Origin: an uncultured Chloroflexia bacterium
Lineage (GTDB): Bacteria; Chloroflexota; Limnocylindria; Limnocylindrales; CSP1-4
Assembly (NCBI GenBank): GCA_963712745.1
Contig: CAVQJC010000001.1
Location: forward strand, 352,001-416,000
Length of the DNA: 64,000 nt
Direction: 5' to 3'
Under the pieces are notes generated by a model, which was given only the letters and a program-made list of their open reading frames with translations, did no database searches and had not been told where the DNA came from. A program made the translations under genes and the position numbers. Positions 43,401-54,428 of the stretch are shown piece by piece. Each line of letters starts with the position of its first letter. Within the stretch, counting starts at the first letter, position 1.

Positions 43401-44165
43401 ATGCAGCATCCGTTCGATCTCTCGGGCAAGACCGCGCTGGTCACGGGTGCCAACCGTGGCCTTGGTCGCGCCATCGCCGTGGGCATGGCATCCGCGGGAG
43501 CAGACGTCGTCGGCGTGTCGGCGAACCAGGCCGCCATCGACTCGGGCGTCGCGACCGAGGTGGCGGCGACGGGACGGTCGTTCGCCAGTCACGCTTGCGA
43601 TCTCGCCGACCGCGACGACATCTACCGTCTGGTCGAGACACTGAGGGCGCAACGACTGGCCATCGATATCCTCGTCAACAACGCTGGCATCGTGCGGCGT
43701 GCACCGGCGGCGCGCCACACCGATGCTGATTGGGATGACGTGCTCGATGTGAATCTGACGGCGCCGTTCATCCTCGCCCGAGAGTTGGCCAAGCCGATGC
43801 TCGAGCGTCGGCACGGCAAGATCATCTTCATCGGCTCGGTGCTGAGCTTCCAGGGCGGCATCAACGTGCCTGGCTACGCCGTCTCCAAGAGCGGCATCGC
43901 TGGGCTGACCAAAGCACTCGCCAACGAATGGGCGGCCGGCAACGTGAACGTCAACGCCATCGCGCCCGGCTACATGACCACCGATAACACCCAAGCCCTG
44001 CATACGGACCCGGTCAGGTCGAGGGGTATCCTCGAGCGCATCCCAGCGGGTCGCTGGGGCAGAGCCGAAGACATCGCGGGTGCCGCGGTCTTTCTTGCCT
44101 CGCGCGCAGCCGACTATGTGCATGGCAGCGTGATCAGCGTGGATGGCGGGTGGATGGGACGCTAG
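43401..44165 (+). CDS. kduD: 2-dehydro-3-deoxy-D-gluconate 5-dehydrogenase-like SDR
   Basis: FDLSGKTALVTGANRGLG, SVLSFQGGINVPGYAVSKSG, ILERIPAGRWG, VDGGWMGR. Confidence 0.82.
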   Translation: MQHPFDLSGKTALVTGANRGLGRAIAVGMASAGADVVGVSANQAAIDSGVATEVAATGRSFASHACDLADRDDIYRLVETLRAQRLAIDILVNNAGIVRRAPAARHTDADWDDVLDVNLTAPFILARELAKPMLERRHGKIIFIGSVLSFQGGINVPGYAVSKSGIAGLTKALANEWAAGNVNVNAIAPGYMTTDNTQALHTDPVRSRGILERIPAGRWGRAEDIAGAAVFLASRAADYVHGSVISVDGGWMGR

Positions 44166-44259
44166 GGCCATCAACCACCGGCCAGCCAAGCAAGCCCCGC
44201 CATCGACTCCGTATCTCCGCAAACGCTAGGCACGGGACCATGCCCCACACCGGCCCTCG

Positions 44260-45842
44260 ATGGACGTCTATTCCCGCCAGCAAGCGAAGGCGATGACGAC
44301 AGACAGAGCATCGCTCCGCGCAGAACGCATCCCTGGCATCGCCGGCAGCGTGCGGGTGCCCCACTTCGAGGCTCGTGTTGTGCGCGACGAGCTGGTCACC
44401 GAGGGTGACGAGGATGTGCTGCTCGGCCACCAGGTGGGCGAATGGTCAGGTCACGCGGGTGGCAACTGGGTGCGCTGGCGTTGGCAGGATGACACGCTGA
44501 CTGTCACCAACGACCCCTTTGGTGCCTATCCGTGCTACTACGCCGCCACCGATTCATCCATCGCGATCTCGCCGTCGATCGACCGACTGCTGACTTCGGG
44601 TGCAAGCCGTGAGCTTGACCTTGATGCTCTCGCCGCATTCCTGGCCGTGGGCTACTACCCCGGCACCGATACGCCGTTCCGTTCCATCCGGGCACTGCCC
44701 CCTGCCTGCGAGCTGACCTGGAGCAAGCGCAGCCTGTCGATCGCGAGTCATCCGACTCGCTTCGTCCTTTCGGACATGACGAGAGCACAAGCCAGCGAAG
44801 GCGTGAACGAGCTCTTTCGGCAGGCCATTGCGCGTCGCATCCCCGATGGTCCGGCCGACTACATCATGCCCATCAGCGGCGGCCGTGATTCGCGACATAT
44901 CCTGCTCGAGCTCATGCGCCAGGACCATCCGCCGCGTATGACGCTGACGGTCGACCACTTTCCCTTCGATTGGGGCGGCGACGTGCCATATGCAGCACGT
45001 CTGGCCCACGAGCTGGGCCTACAGCACACGGTGGTGCGGCCGGATAGGCCGGTCGTGACGGAACAGCGCAAGAACCATCTGGTGAGCTACGGCTCGCCGA
45101 TGCACGCCTGGTTCGTCCCGGCTGCTGACCTGCTGACTGCCCAGACCAGCTATACCTACGAAGGCCTGCCTGGGGGCACCGTGCTGGAACGCCACTTCTT
45201 CTCGAACAGGGTCCGGGCCAAGGCCGCTGCGGGCAGCTGGGACGAGCTGGCCGCGTGGATGGGCAAGAAGGCTGACGGCCAGCCACGCTACGCACCACTG
45301 CTGACAACATCGCTGCGAGAGACCCTTGGGGCCGATCGCGCAACGACTCGCATCCGCGCCGAGATAGAGCGGCACCTCGACAAGGATGACCCCCTCATGT
45401 CGTACCGTTTCTGGAATCGCACGATGCGCGAGTCGACGCTGGTCCCCAACGCCATGATGTCCGGCATCCCGGCGGTCTACACGCCGTTCATGGACCCCGA
45501 TTTCCTCGTCTTCGCCATGTCGATCCCGCCGCAATTCATCGACCGAGCCTTTCACGACGATCTGCTGGCCGCGGCGTTTCCGCAGGTCGCGCACGTGCCC
45601 TACAAGCCAGAACGCAAACCCAGACCGTCGCGCAGCTACCTCCGACGCCTTGACCTCGACATCCTGCGGTTGCTGCAACACAGCGATGGCTCGCTGGTGG
45701 ATCGGTCGTCACTCATGCGGCGTGCCGTCGGAGGATCGTCCGAGGCGACGACTGGTTCACGTGGGGCCGCCGGTTCTCCCTACTGACCTACCTCGTCCAG
45801 CTCGAGGAGTTGCAGAACCCGGAGCCCGACTCTGCGACGTAG
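44260..45842 (+). CDS. Asparagine synthetase-like ATP-dependent amide ligase; C-terminal frameshift
   Basis: NDPFGAYPCYYA, DTPFRSIRALPP, PISGGRDSRHIL PP-loop, YTPFMDPDF. Confidence 0.75.
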
Positions 45843-45954
45843 GCTCGAGGATCCTGGGGCACTAGGCGCACGCGTGAGACGCGAGCCACCCCGGCCCCGA
45901 CTGCCGATGGCTGGTCCTCGTGTCAGCCAGCCCCCGAGGTTCGGCTCGGGCGCG

Positions 45955-47154
45955 TCAGCCGAAGAACTCGGTCGTCGTCGCGACCATCAGACGAACCGCC
46001 AGGGGGATGGCTGATTCGTCCACATCGAACGAGCCGCTGTGCAGGTCGAGTCGTTTGCCGAGTGCGCTCGGGTCGTGCACGCCGACGCGGACGTACGCGC
46101 CCGGCCGCTCGAGCAGGTACCAGGCGAAGTCATCGCCGCCCCAACTCTGGATGATCGGGCGGATGGCAGCCAGGCCGAACTCTGCGATGGCCGCGGCGTG
46201 CACATCGGCCGCGACAACCGCATCGTTGATGACCGGCGGCACACCCTGGACATAGTCGAGCTGGTATTCGGCGCCACTATCGACGAGCAGCTCGGCGAGC
46301 GCGCGGCCGACAGCCTGGGGCAACCGTCGCCAGGTCTCGGTCGAGGGTGTACGCACCGAACCGCGCAACACGCAACGAGACGGGATGACGTTGGCAGCGT
46401 CGCCGGAGCGCAACATCCCGAAGCCGACGCGCACCGCCGCCGGGTCGCCGCTCAGCTCCGCGATCCTGCCGGGTAGCGCCTGGACGAGGCGAGCCGCCAG
46501 CGTGATCATGTCCACGGTCCGCTCCGGCCGGGCTGTATGACCGCCCGGACCGGTCAGCGTGATAGTCAGCATGTCAGCTGCCGAAGAGACCGGACCAGGC
46601 CCGATGCCGAAGAGACCTGCGTCCAGCGACGGGTCGCAATGCAGTCCCACGATGGCGTCCACATCATCGAGCGCGCCATTCTCGATCGCCGCCAACGCAC
46701 CGCCGGGAACACGCTCCTCGTCCGGCTGGAAGATGAAGCGCACCGGGCCGCCGAGTCGCTCAGGGTGATGCGCCAGGTAGAGGGCAGCACCGAGCATCAC
46801 GGTCGTGTGCACGTCGTGGCCGCAGGCGTGTGAGATACCGGGTACCTGGCTGCGGTAGTGCGCGTCCTTCTCGTCGTCAAGTGGCAACGCATCGATGTCA
46901 GCCCGTAACGCCAACCTTGGGCGCTCGTCGTGCCCTGGGCTGATATCGCAGATAAGACCCGTGCCCGAGGCCAGCACGCGCGGCTCCAGGCCAGCCAAAC
47001 GGAGTCGCTCGCCGATCAGCTCGGTCGTGGCGTACTCCTCACCGCCAAGCTCGGGATGCGCATGCAGTCGGCGCCGCACAGCGATGAGATCTTCGCCGTG
47101 TTCACCGAGCCACGTATCGATATCGCGGGTCCTGCCGACGCTGTCCACGCTCAC
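45955..47154 (-). CDS. M20 family amidohydrolase (in frame with the upstream GCS2 gene in this assembly)
   Basis: RRRLHAHPELGGEE, LRADIDALP, HACGHDVH, FQPDEE, GGHTARP, GGDDFAWYL. Confidence 0.9.
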   Translation of the reverse strand: MSVDSVGRTRDIDTWLGEHGEDLIAVRRRLHAHPELGGEEYATTELIGERLRLAGLEPRVLASGTGLICDISPGHDERPRLALRADIDALPLDDEKDAHYRSQVPGISHACGHDVHTTVMLGAALYLAHHPERLGGPVRFIFQPDEERVPGGALAAIENGALDDVDAIVGLHCDPSLDAGLFGIGPGPVSSAADMLTITLTGPGGHTARPERTVDMITLAARLVQALPGRIAELSGDPAAVRVGFGMLRSGDAANVIPSRCVLRGSVRTPSTETWRRLPQAVGRALAELLVDSGAEYQLDYVQGVPPVINDAVVAADVHAAAIAEFGLAAIRPIIQSWGGDDFAWYLLERPGAYVRVGVHDPSALGKRLDLHSGSFDVDESAIPLAVRLMVATTTEFFG

Positions 47155-48310
47155 GGCGGTCGTCGGGCGATCGTCCGCCAGCTCATCGGCCAAGTGGTTC
47201 ACCACATCGAGCAGCGTAGCGCCCTGCTCCACGAGCTGTCGTTGTCGCATCGCACCCGAGCCATGTTCGAGGATAGCCAGCACAGACAGCAGCTCAGCAT
47301 GGCATCCCAGGCGCGTCGCGGTCGGCTCGAGCTCGGCCACGAGTTCGCTGACCAGCTCGCGAACCGGTCGGCGCGCGGGTCGGCCATCGACGCCGCCGTC
47401 CTCGACGATCAGAGCCGCGTCCAGACCGTACCGCCCTGCCAGCCAGCGGTTCTCGTGGACAGTCCATTCGCGCGGTGGGTCAGGCAGGCCACTGGCATCG
47501 AGACGTTCGTGACAGCGCGCGACCATGCACTGGGCCAGCGCAGCGATGGCCGTCACCTCGGATAGCGTCTGTGGCGCATCGCACATGCGCAACTCGATGG
47601 TGCCGAACTCGGGGTGCGGACGGATGTCCCACCAGACCTCACGGATCGAGGTGATGAGCTGTGCATCGAGCAACGTCGACATGAAGGCCTCGAAATCGAC
47701 CCAATCCTCGAGCTGGGGCGGCAGGCCGGCCGTCGGCAGGGACTCGAAGACCTTCGAGCGCGCCGACGCGAGGCCGGAGTCCTCGCCTTCGAAGTACGGA
47801 CTCGACGAGGACAATGCGAGGAAGAGCGGCAGGGTGCGGCGCAGCTCGTTGATGATGGCGATAGCGCGCTGGCCGTTGCGCACTCCGACGTGCACGTGCA
47901 TGCCACAGATCAACAAGCGCCGCGCCGGCCACTGCATCGCCTCGACCAGCTCCTCGTAGCGCGGGTCCGGGACTGATCTGCTGCCTTCGGGCGATGCCGA
48001 ATGGGTGCGTGCCGGAACTGATGATGCGCAGCCCGCGTGTATCGGTGTGCTGGCGCAGCTCATCGAGTGTGCCCTGCAGATCGCGCCGGACTTGAGCCGG
48101 CGTTTCACAGACGCCGGTGATGATCTCGATAGTCGACTGGAACAGCTCGTGCTTGGCCTTGGGGTGTTCGCCGCCGGGGTGACCGGCGCCCATCTCGGCG
48201 AGGATCTCGGTGGCCGCCGACACGAGGTCGCCGGTTTGCGCATCGATCAGATGCAACTCCAGTTCGACGCCGACTGTCTGTCGGTCATTGCGTGTGAACT
48301 CGATCGCCAT
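47151..48310 (-). CDS. Glutamate--cysteine ligase family (GCS2/YbdK carboxylate-amine ligase); frameshift near 47975
   Basis: TVGVELELHLID, KHELFQSTIEIITGVC, GMHVHVG, WWDIRPHPEFGTIELRMCD, ENRWLAGRYG. Confidence 0.9.
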
Positions 48311-48519
48311 CAGGCCGACGGTCCCTCTGCTTCAGGCGTGAGAGTCTCTCATACCCCAAACGACCGAGCGAGCATGGCGAACACAGTTGCTGATCGAGAG
48401 GGACCTGGAATCATCCGATTGGGGCGATGCCGGACGACGGGTCGAAGTCCATCGTCGCGAGATACGGGGCGAGCCGCCCATGGCCCATGAAGAACGCTCT
48501 CAGAGAGGGGAGTTCCAAG

Positions 48520-49395
48520 ATGTCGGATGACGCTGCATCTAGGTCGAATTGGCGCCGCACGTTGAGGCTCGGGCTCGGCAGCGCCATCGCGCTGTGCTTT
48601 GCGCTAGTCGGAGCGGGCGCCATCGCGCAGTCAAGCCCGGAGCCCAGCGCGCCGGCGTCCACGTCAGGTTCGGAGGCGTCCGTCAGCGAGCCGATCCCGA
48701 TGAATTCACTCGGGGACCTGTCATCCCTCGACGCGGTGGTGACCATCACAGCCGACGGGACCATGGAAGGCAAGCAGATGAGCGGTGACATCACCGCGAC
48801 GTTGACCAGCAACGATCAATCACAGAGCCAGATCGACGTGACCGGCAGCCTGCTTGGTCCCGTCGCGGCGCAAGTCGGGGGCAAGCTCGTCGGGCTCTTC
48901 CGACCCAAGCAGGCAAGCGTCTACACCGTGTCCGACGGCACCTACGTGGTCGTCTCGGGTCTCACCGACGTGTGCGTCAAGCCCGCGGACAACGCGGCGA
49001 CCGACGCACTCAGCCAGCTAAGCCCGCAGGTCCTCATGGAGACGCTAACGAGCAGCGACGTCGCCCAGGGCCAGTTCGTGGGTGACGAGACGATCGACGG
49101 AACCCCGGTCAAGCATTACGTCATCGACGGCGCACAGTTCCTGGACGCGGCGCAATCGGCGAGCACCGACCCGACTGTGCAGAGCTTCGCCCAGTCGCTC
49201 ACCGGCGCTGCGGACGCCGATCTGTATGTCTCGACGGAGAGCGGCTACCCGGTGAGTTATAGCGGCAGCTTCAGCGGCGCATACGAACCATTGGGCCTGG
49301 ATGGCGACTTCACCGTCCAGATCGACCTGACCGGCGTCAACTCGAACGCGCCCGTGGCACTGCCAGGAGCATGCGATCACCCGATCCCCTACTAG
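48520..49395 (+). CDS. Secreted hypothetical protein, LppX/LprAFG- or LolA-like beta-rich fold
   Basis: RBS GAGGGGAG; signal peptide ending AIAQ; FVGDETIDGTPVKHY and DLYVSTESGYPV motifs. Confidence 0.65.
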   Translation: MSDDAASRSNWRRTLRLGLGSAIALCFALVGAGAIAQSSPEPSAPASTSGSEASVSEPIPMNSLGDLSSLDAVVTITADGTMEGKQMSGDITATLTSNDQSQSQIDVTGSLLGPVAAQVGGKLVGLFRPKQASVYTVSDGTYVVVSGLTDVCVKPADNAATDALSQLSPQVLMETLTSSDVAQGQFVGDETIDGTPVKHYVIDGAQFLDAAQSASTDPTVQSFAQSLTGAADADLYVSTESGYPVSYSGSFSGAYEPLGLDGDFTVQIDLTGVNSNAPVALPGACDHPIPY

Positions 49396-49630
49396 GCACT
49401 CCTCGGCCAGATGCAAGGACAAGGATCGCTGGTGAGCTCGATGCCGACAACGTCGTGGGGCAAGTGACACGACCTGCCAGTGACACGGTTTCGGTGACGA
49501 TGGACAACCCTTCCGTCGTCAGACCATTGACGGAACGAAGGTCCCGTCCGCATCCTAGTACTTCCGGCGCTTCCCCTCGAGGGGATCCGAGCCGGTCACC
49601 CTTGTCGTCATCGCTAGGAGCCAACTCAAA

Positions 49631-49888
49631 ATGGATAGCCCCCAGGATCGATTCGAACGAAGGACCTACCGGGTCCGCTTCGATGGTGGACCGCGGGATG
49701 CCGCACAGACCGCAGTCCTGAGCCTCGACTCGGGCCAGCCGCCCGACATCCTCCTGACCCCCGGCAAACCTGACTGGATCTATGTCCTGGCTGGGGGTGC
49801 CCGCCGGGACGGCAGCCTGCCGTACTTGTGGATGCCACACGGGAGGAGGGTTGCTGCCCTGAGGGGTCATTCGCCACGGACGACCTAA
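49631..49888 (+). CDS. Small hypothetical protein (85 aa)
   Basis: RBS AGGAG then ATG; RVRFDGGPRD motif; followed by a GC hairpin at 49894-49932. Confidence 0.55.
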   Translation: MDSPQDRFERRTYRVRFDGGPRDAAQTAVLSLDSGQPPDILLTPGKPDWIYVLAGGARRDGSLPYLWMPHGRRVAALRGHSPRTT

Positions 49889-50230
49889 GGGCTGCGGCCC
49901 CGACACGAAGGAGAGAGAGATGCCGGGGCCGCGGAGGATGGGTGAGGAGGGCCCGGCGCCAATGCCTGCCTAAAGCGGCTACCGGCGGGGGTAGTGATCG
50001 AGCGAGCTCCTCGTCGTCGGTGCCGACGGGCCTTGGTGCGCAAGATGGGAGACGCGACAGCTCACGGGTTCGAGACGCTCGAGGCCCAGGGTCGCCTCTG
50101 CCCAATTTGACATGCGCTCGTCGGTATCTCCATCATGAGCGCTGCTGAAGACCATCGCTGCGGACCATCTGGACGTAGCTCGGATTCCGCGGGACGGTCG
50201 TCCTGCCGGGGGATACGAGGAGAACGACTC

Positions 50231-51238
50231 GTGCGCATAGGGCTCTTCGGAGCGGGGCGCATCGGCAAGATGCATGCCGACGTGTTGACGACGCTCGACG
50301 GGATCGACCAGATAATCATCGCGGACCCGGACGCGGCGGCCGCCGCCAGGCTTGCCGAGCAGATCGGCGCCACTTCCGAATCTGTGGATGACGCGGTCGC
50401 TCGCGTTGACGCGATGATCATCGCGGCTGCCAGCGATGCACATGCCCCGCTCACCCGCACGGGCCTCGAGCGCGGCATCCCGGTCTTCTGCGAGAAGCCG
50501 CTGGCGCCGGATCTCGCCGATGCCATCAGCCTGGCGCGCGACATCGAGGCCTCGGGCGTGCCATTCCAGCTCGGCTTCCAGCGGCGTTTCGACCCTGCCT
50601 ACATCGAGGCGCGACGCCTGGTGGACAGCGGCGAGTTGGGCACGCTCTACTGCGTTCGCCTGGCCGGCCATGACCCGGCGCCACCCCACGAGTCGTACAT
50701 CCCTGTTTCAGGGGGACTCTTCCGGGACTTCTCGGGCCATGATTTCGACATCCTGCGCTGGCTCACCGGCAGCGAAGTCGAGGAGGTCTATGCCGACGGG
50801 TCGGTCCGAGGTTTCCCCGTGTTCGCCAAATACGGCGACGTCGATACGGCCACCGCGATGTTGCGACTCGAATCCGGGGCGCTGGCGGTCATGACCGTTG
50901 CCCGCCATGACCCGCTCGGCTATGACATCCGCACCGAACTCTTCGGGTCCAGGGACAGCATCAGCGTAGGTATGGGGCCGAGGCAGCCCATCCGCTCGGT
51001 CGAACCCGGAGTTCCAGCACCTGCCGGCCCCGCCTGGCCCAACTTCCAGGAGCGGTTCGCCGACGCCTACCGCGCAGAGCTCGAGGGTTTCCTCGTGTTG
51101 GCGCGCGGAGAGGGCCGATCCGCATGCACGGCCCTTGACGGTGTCGAGGCTGGCCGCATCGCCGAGGCGACGACTCGCTCCCGCCTGGAGCATCGACCCG
51201 TCCGTCTCACGGAGATTCCCGGCGTGGTGGATCGATAA
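50231..51238 (+). CDS. iolG: Inositol 2-dehydrogenase-like Gfo/Idh/MocA oxidoreductase
   Basis: RIGLFGAGRIG, FCEKP, GFQRRFDP, SGGLFRDFSGHDFD, GYDIRTELFGS, F.ERF.DAY..EL. Confidence 0.8.
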   Translation: MRIGLFGAGRIGKMHADVLTTLDGIDQIIIADPDAAAAARLAEQIGATSESVDDAVARVDAMIIAAASDAHAPLTRTGLERGIPVFCEKPLAPDLADAISLARDIEASGVPFQLGFQRRFDPAYIEARRLVDSGELGTLYCVRLAGHDPAPPHESYIPVSGGLFRDFSGHDFDILRWLTGSEVEEVYADGSVRGFPVFAKYGDVDTATAMLRLESGALAVMTVARHDPLGYDIRTELFGSRDSISVGMGPRQPIRSVEPGVPAPAGPAWPNFQERFADAYRAELEGFLVLARGEGRSACTALDGVEAGRIAEATTRSRLEHRPVRLTEIPGVVDR

Positions 51239-51266
51239 CCGGGACGGGCGAACCTGCGCACTGTGC

Positions 51267-53512
51267 CTACCCGCTCCTCCCGACGCCGAACGCTGCAAGT
51301 ACGTTGCGTACGAGGGTCGCGATAGCCACGTCCGAAGCGAGAGCACCCGTTGCCCCGATGCTACCGAGACTCACGACGCGGCCGCCGGCGGGTCGCTCCC
51401 AGTAGATGAGGTCTGCGCCCTGGTCATGCCTGAGGCCCTGCCATTCGAGGTTGGGCTGCTTGGCAGTGGCCAGAATCACCTGCCCCGGTAACGCTTCGGC
51501 GCGCGTGCCCACCTTCTCCGGGACGGCGTCGAACTCATAGCCACTGACCATCGGTCCATTCAGGCCGGACTCGCCGATGGTGCCGGTCGCGGACAGCGGG
51601 ACCCATTCGGGCTGATGAAAGAGCCAGTGTTCGGGCCGCAGCACCAGCAGGGGGCGGAAGGCGGTGGGCGTGCCATCGTCGATCATGCCCTGTGGGTCCA
51701 GACCCAGCGTCTCGTGAGCATGGCGGCCGATACGACGATAAGAGCCTCCGGGGCGCCCGTCGGTCGAATGCCAGCGCTCGCCCCAGTGATCGGGATCGAG
51801 CCAGCGCACATCGACATCGTCGACCTCCTTGCGGCACTCCAACAGCGTCATCGACCGATCGAACGACACACGCCAATGGATGCTGTCACCCGACAACGAG
51901 ATGACCGCTCCGCCGCGATCCAGATAGTCCTCGACGCCCGTGCGGGCCTCATCGGACCAGTACTCCGAATGACCAGCCACGAACAGCACGTCGAAGCCAT
52001 CGAGCAGGCCGGGTTCCTCATGCAGATCGTGATCGGTGATGACCTCGAAGGCGTAGCCCTCGCGCTCCAGCCAGGCTTCGGCGTAGCGCTCCGGCCGGAC
52101 AAGGTGCGAGTGTCCGATCGCAGCGGCTCGTGCGGATTCGAAGCCGAAGGGCGTGGCGCGCGGCGATGGTGCACACGTCGTGAGCCAGAAGAATGGCCGG
52201 CCGCTGGCGTGCGTCGAATAGAACGACGCTTCCAGCCCGAACGACCGAGCAGTCGCGCTGGGGCGCCGTCCGTAGGCGTACCAGGTATTGGTGGCCAACA
52301 GTAGAGCGACGCTGCCGGAGCGACGCGGTCGCCGTCGTACGACCGCGAAGGTGATGGCCGTCGCATCATTTTCGGGCTGTCCAGTCAGCCGAATGAGTCC
52401 CGCGTACAGTCCTGAGGCCGCATCGTGGGGGACCTGCCACTCGGCTGCCACCGGCCACTCGCAATCGAGTAGATCATCGCTGGAAAGGCGGAGGCCATGG
52501 CCACGGCTGGCGTCGCTCGCGGGGTCGTAGCTGGCATCGCCGCGCGAAGGATCGAACCGCGGTCCGCCGATCTGCCAGGTCCCACCTTGCACGATCGTGC
52601 CGTGTCGTTCGCAGCCACTCGAAATCGGCCACCTGGTCGCCACGTTCTTCGACGAGGTCCCAGGCGCCCTGCAGCGGACCAAGGTCAAGCTCGCTCAGCG
52701 GGGTTCGTCCGCGATCGGCGACGATCGCGCCGAGCTTCGTAGCGTCCAGGATGGTCGCCGCGATGAACGGGGCGGCGACGTCGCCATCGAGGAAGTCATC
52801 GGCCAGTCCTCGTTCCGCTGAAGCACCGATGCGCAATCGAGAGTTCGCTCCGGCTTCGGCGAGCCCACCTCGGCGCGAATCCATCCTGGGGCGTGGCAGT
52901 GGCCACCGTGACCCCGTCGGTGAACATCGCCAGTTCATCACGGCCGAGTGTCGCGGCCACATGTACCCATCTCCCAAGACGCTCACCCAGCAGCGGCTCC
53001 GTCCAGTGCATCCGCTCGTGGTCGAAGACTCCACCGTCGCCGACATAGCAACCGATGCGACCGAGGTGATCGACCACGAGCGCGAAGCGTGCGGCCATCG
53101 GATAGTCCAGGTCGCTGATCAGGCTCGACCAGGCCCACTGGAGTTCGTCGAGCACCGGTAGTCGCCAGAGCCGCAGCCAAAGGCCGCAGCTGAGTGGGCC
53201 GGCGGGCAAGGGCGCCCCGCCGACATGGATGTAGGAGCCTGGCTCGATGTGCTGCGGCGTCGCAGTCGCGGATTCGAAGGAAGCGAGGGTCTCGACGTCT
53301 GCGCGATCTGCCTCAGCATCGCCGGGCGCATCGATGATGGCGTGCCGGCCTAGCCTGACCACGTCGAGTCGATATGCAGACGGCGCACTCAGGTGGAAGC
53401 GCACCGACTCGCCAGGGGCGACCCCGACCCGGTCGACGTAGCCCAGCGGACCCCGCACGGCGATCCTCCTCGCGTGTTCGGGCCGCTCCATCGCGATGCC
53501 CTGCGCGTTCAC
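51267..53512 (-). CDS. N,N-dimethylformamidase large (beta) subunit family protein with LamG-like insert; frameshifted
   Basis: GYVDRVGVAPGE, SGLY, ATNTWYAYG, SFYSTH, WLEREGYAFEVITDHDLH, GHSEYWS, SGYEFD, GGRVVSLGSI. Confidence 0.8.
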
Positions 53513-53552
53513 GGCCCACTACCTGGTGAAAGCGTGGGCGCTGCATGCATGC

Positions 53553-54428
53553 CTACTGCGCTTGCGTCTGACTCTCGGCGCCGTCGCCTGCCTTGTGTGA
53601 GCCGATCTCGGCGGCGTACTCCTCCAGCTCGTGGCCCAGCTTGTCGAGCTCCTCGCCACCACCCATGAGCTTCAGGAGTTCTTCGCGTGGCAACTCTTCC
53701 TTCTCGAAGGTCCCGACCTGCTGGCCGCGGTCGAGGATCACGAATCGCTCGCCGACCGGATAGGCATGGTTCACGTTGTGCGTGATGAGGATGATGCCGA
53801 GGCCGCTTGCCTGCGCGGCGACGATGTAGCGCAATACGATGGCCGCTTCCTTGACACCGAGCGCCGAGGTCGGCTCATCGAGGATGACGACCTTAGCGCC
53901 GAAGTGGACCGCACGGGCGATGGCCACGGACTGGCGCTCACCTCCTGAAAGCGTGCCCACCGCCTGTGTGGTATCGCGCAGGTCGATGCCCATGCGATGC
54001 AGCTCCTCGCGGCTGATCTTGTCCGCTGTAGGGGCGTCATAGCGTTTGAACGGACCCCAGCCCCGTGTCGGCTCGTTGCCGAGGAAGAAGTTGCGCGACA
54101 CGCTCATGAGCGGGCACATCGCCAAATCCTGGTAGACGGTGGCGATGCCCCGGTGCAGCGCATCCCGAGGCGACTGCAGGTGGACTTCCTTACCATCGAG
54201 GAGGATCTGACCCTCGTCGGGCGGATGCACGCCCGAGAGAGTCTTGATGAGGGTGGACTTGCCAGCCCCATTGTCTCCAAGCAGGCAGACCACCTCACCG
54301 GCCCGGACGGTCAGCGAGATGTCCTTGATGGCGATGACATTGCCGAAGTATTTGGTCAGATTGCGGGCTTCGACCAGTGGTGCTCCTGTCGAGGCTCCCT
54401 TGGCCTCGGGTGCGCTGGCTGTGGTCAT
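53553..54428 (-). CDS. Sugar (inositol) ABC transporter ATP-binding protein
   Basis: [34 protein letters not shown]. Confidence 0.93.
   Translation of the reverse strand: MTTASAPEAKGASTGAPLVEARNLTKYFGNVIAIKDISLTVRAGEVVCLLGDNGAGKSTLIKTLSGVHPPDEGQILLDGKEVHLQSPRDALHRGIATVYQDLAMCPLMSVSRNFFLGNEPTRGWGPFKRYDAPTADKISREELHRMGIDLRDTTQAVGTLSGGERQSVAIARAVHFGAKVVILDEPTSALGVKEAAIVLRYIVAAQASGLGIILITHNVNHAYPVGERFVILDRGQQVGTFEKEELPREELLKLMGGGEELDKLGHELEEYAAEIGSHKAGDGAESQTQAQ

Noticed and set aside
42543-44222. 559-aa minus-strand ORF and similar long antisense ORFs (10764..12029, 28269..29792)
   Set aside because: They mirror well-supported genes on the opposite strand and have no motifs; stop codons are scarce at this GC content.
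49464-49500. GTGACAC repeats as a second site for the redox-module regulator
   Set aside because: Spacing is 16 and 14 bp, not the 11-bp pitch seen at 18309-18346.
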